A stretch of 14,451 nt of DNA from Conexivisphaerales archaeon (lineage in GTDB: Archaea; Thermoproteota; Nitrososphaeria; Conexivisphaerales; DTJL01). Numbering within the stretch: the first letter of the stretch is position 1; each line of letters begins with the position of its first letter. The notes below the pieces were generated by a model. The model was not told the origin of the DNA. It searched no databases and saw nothing but the letters and a program-made list of their open reading frames with translations. The stretch is taken from positions 1 through 14,451 of the forward strand of contig JBEKZX010000036.1 in assembly GCA_049509455.1 (NCBI GenBank), written 5' to 3'. Position numbers and translations under genes: made by a program. This document shows, piece after piece, positions 14,042 to 14,451 of this stretch.

Positions 14042-14451
14042 ATGCTCAACATGGCCGTCCTCGTAAAGCATGTCTACGATGAGAATCAGCTCAAGGTGGA
14101 CAGGGGGAGCGGAAAGATAAGCTTCGAAGGCGTGCCCGGTAAGATCAGCGACTTCGACCGGTGCGCCGTGGAGGCGGCCTTGGTGCTGAAGTCGGCCGGA
14201 GGCGGAAAGGTGACGTCGGTCACGTTGGGCCCGGAAGAGGCCATCAAGTCGTTGAGGGAGGTGATGGCCATGGGCGTCGACCAAACAATCTTGGTGAAGG
14301 AACAAGCGTTCAGCCGGCTGGACGTCGCGGCCACAGCCTCAGTCCTGATGAAGGCTCTGGAGAAGGCGGGCGGCTTTGACCTTCTAATTTGCGCTGAAGG
14401 CTCCGTCGATTCTTACACTTCCCTGCTCGCGCCCATGTTGGCCGAAAGGCT
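14042..14451 (+). CDS. etfB: Electron transfer flavoprotein beta subunit (EtfB/FixA), 5' part, truncated by the window end
   Basis: Not in the ORF track because it has no stop in the window. It translates as MLNMAVLVKHVYDE...ISDFDRCAVEAAL...LREVMAMGVD...FDLLICAEGSVDSYTSLLAPMLAER, the EtfB pattern, directly after the acyl-CoA dehydrogenase. Confidence 0.92.
   Translation, partial: MLNMAVLVKHVYDENQLKVDRGSGKISFEGVPGKISDFDRCAVEAALVLKSAGGGKVTSVTLGPEEAIKSLREVMAMGVDQTILVKEQAFSRLDVAATASVLMKALEKAGGFDLLICAEGSVDSYTSLLAPMLAER

Noticed and set aside
1-14451. CRISPR array, IS element, integrase or att site
   Set aside because: I saw no regularly spaced repeats and no transposase or integrase ORF. No direct-repeat copy of the tRNA 3' end is present; the only copy is the inverted 10-mer in the leader.

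Overview
This is a GC-rich archaeal window, probably from a TACK lineage such as a non-ammonia-oxidising Nitrososphaerota-like aerobic heterotroph. That placement is inference from TATA boxes 22-23 nt ahead of start codons, frequent TTG starts, archaeal-type Hsp20, and BHB-type tRNA introns at non-canonical sites. In order it contains: the end of a membrane protein gene; a JAMM/MPN+ protease; Hsp20; an intron-rich tRNA-Tyr(GTA); a B-family heme-copper oxidase operon (subunit II with CuA, subunit I, a cupredoxin, heme o synthase) with a divergent second cupredoxin; a DNPH1/Rcl-like hydrolase; an atypical BCP peroxiredoxin; a CPBP protease; a gamma-delta-alpha-beta 2-oxoacid:ferredoxin oxidoreductase; a trpB2 remnant; proline dehydrogenase with a divergent Lrp/AsnC regulator; a PaaI thioesterase; an acyl-CoA dehydrogenase; and a partial ETF beta. 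The most striking element is not in the ORF track: a 182-nt tRNA-Tyr gene at 1197-1378 split by three introns (9/10, 30/31, 37/38). Its putative 5' leader carries a perfect 10-nt complement of the tRNA's own 3' acceptor strand plus CCA. This could be a built-in folding switch that frees the 5' acceptor strand so the 9/10 intron can form its splice motif. No tools or databases were used; homology calls rest on recognised motifs.
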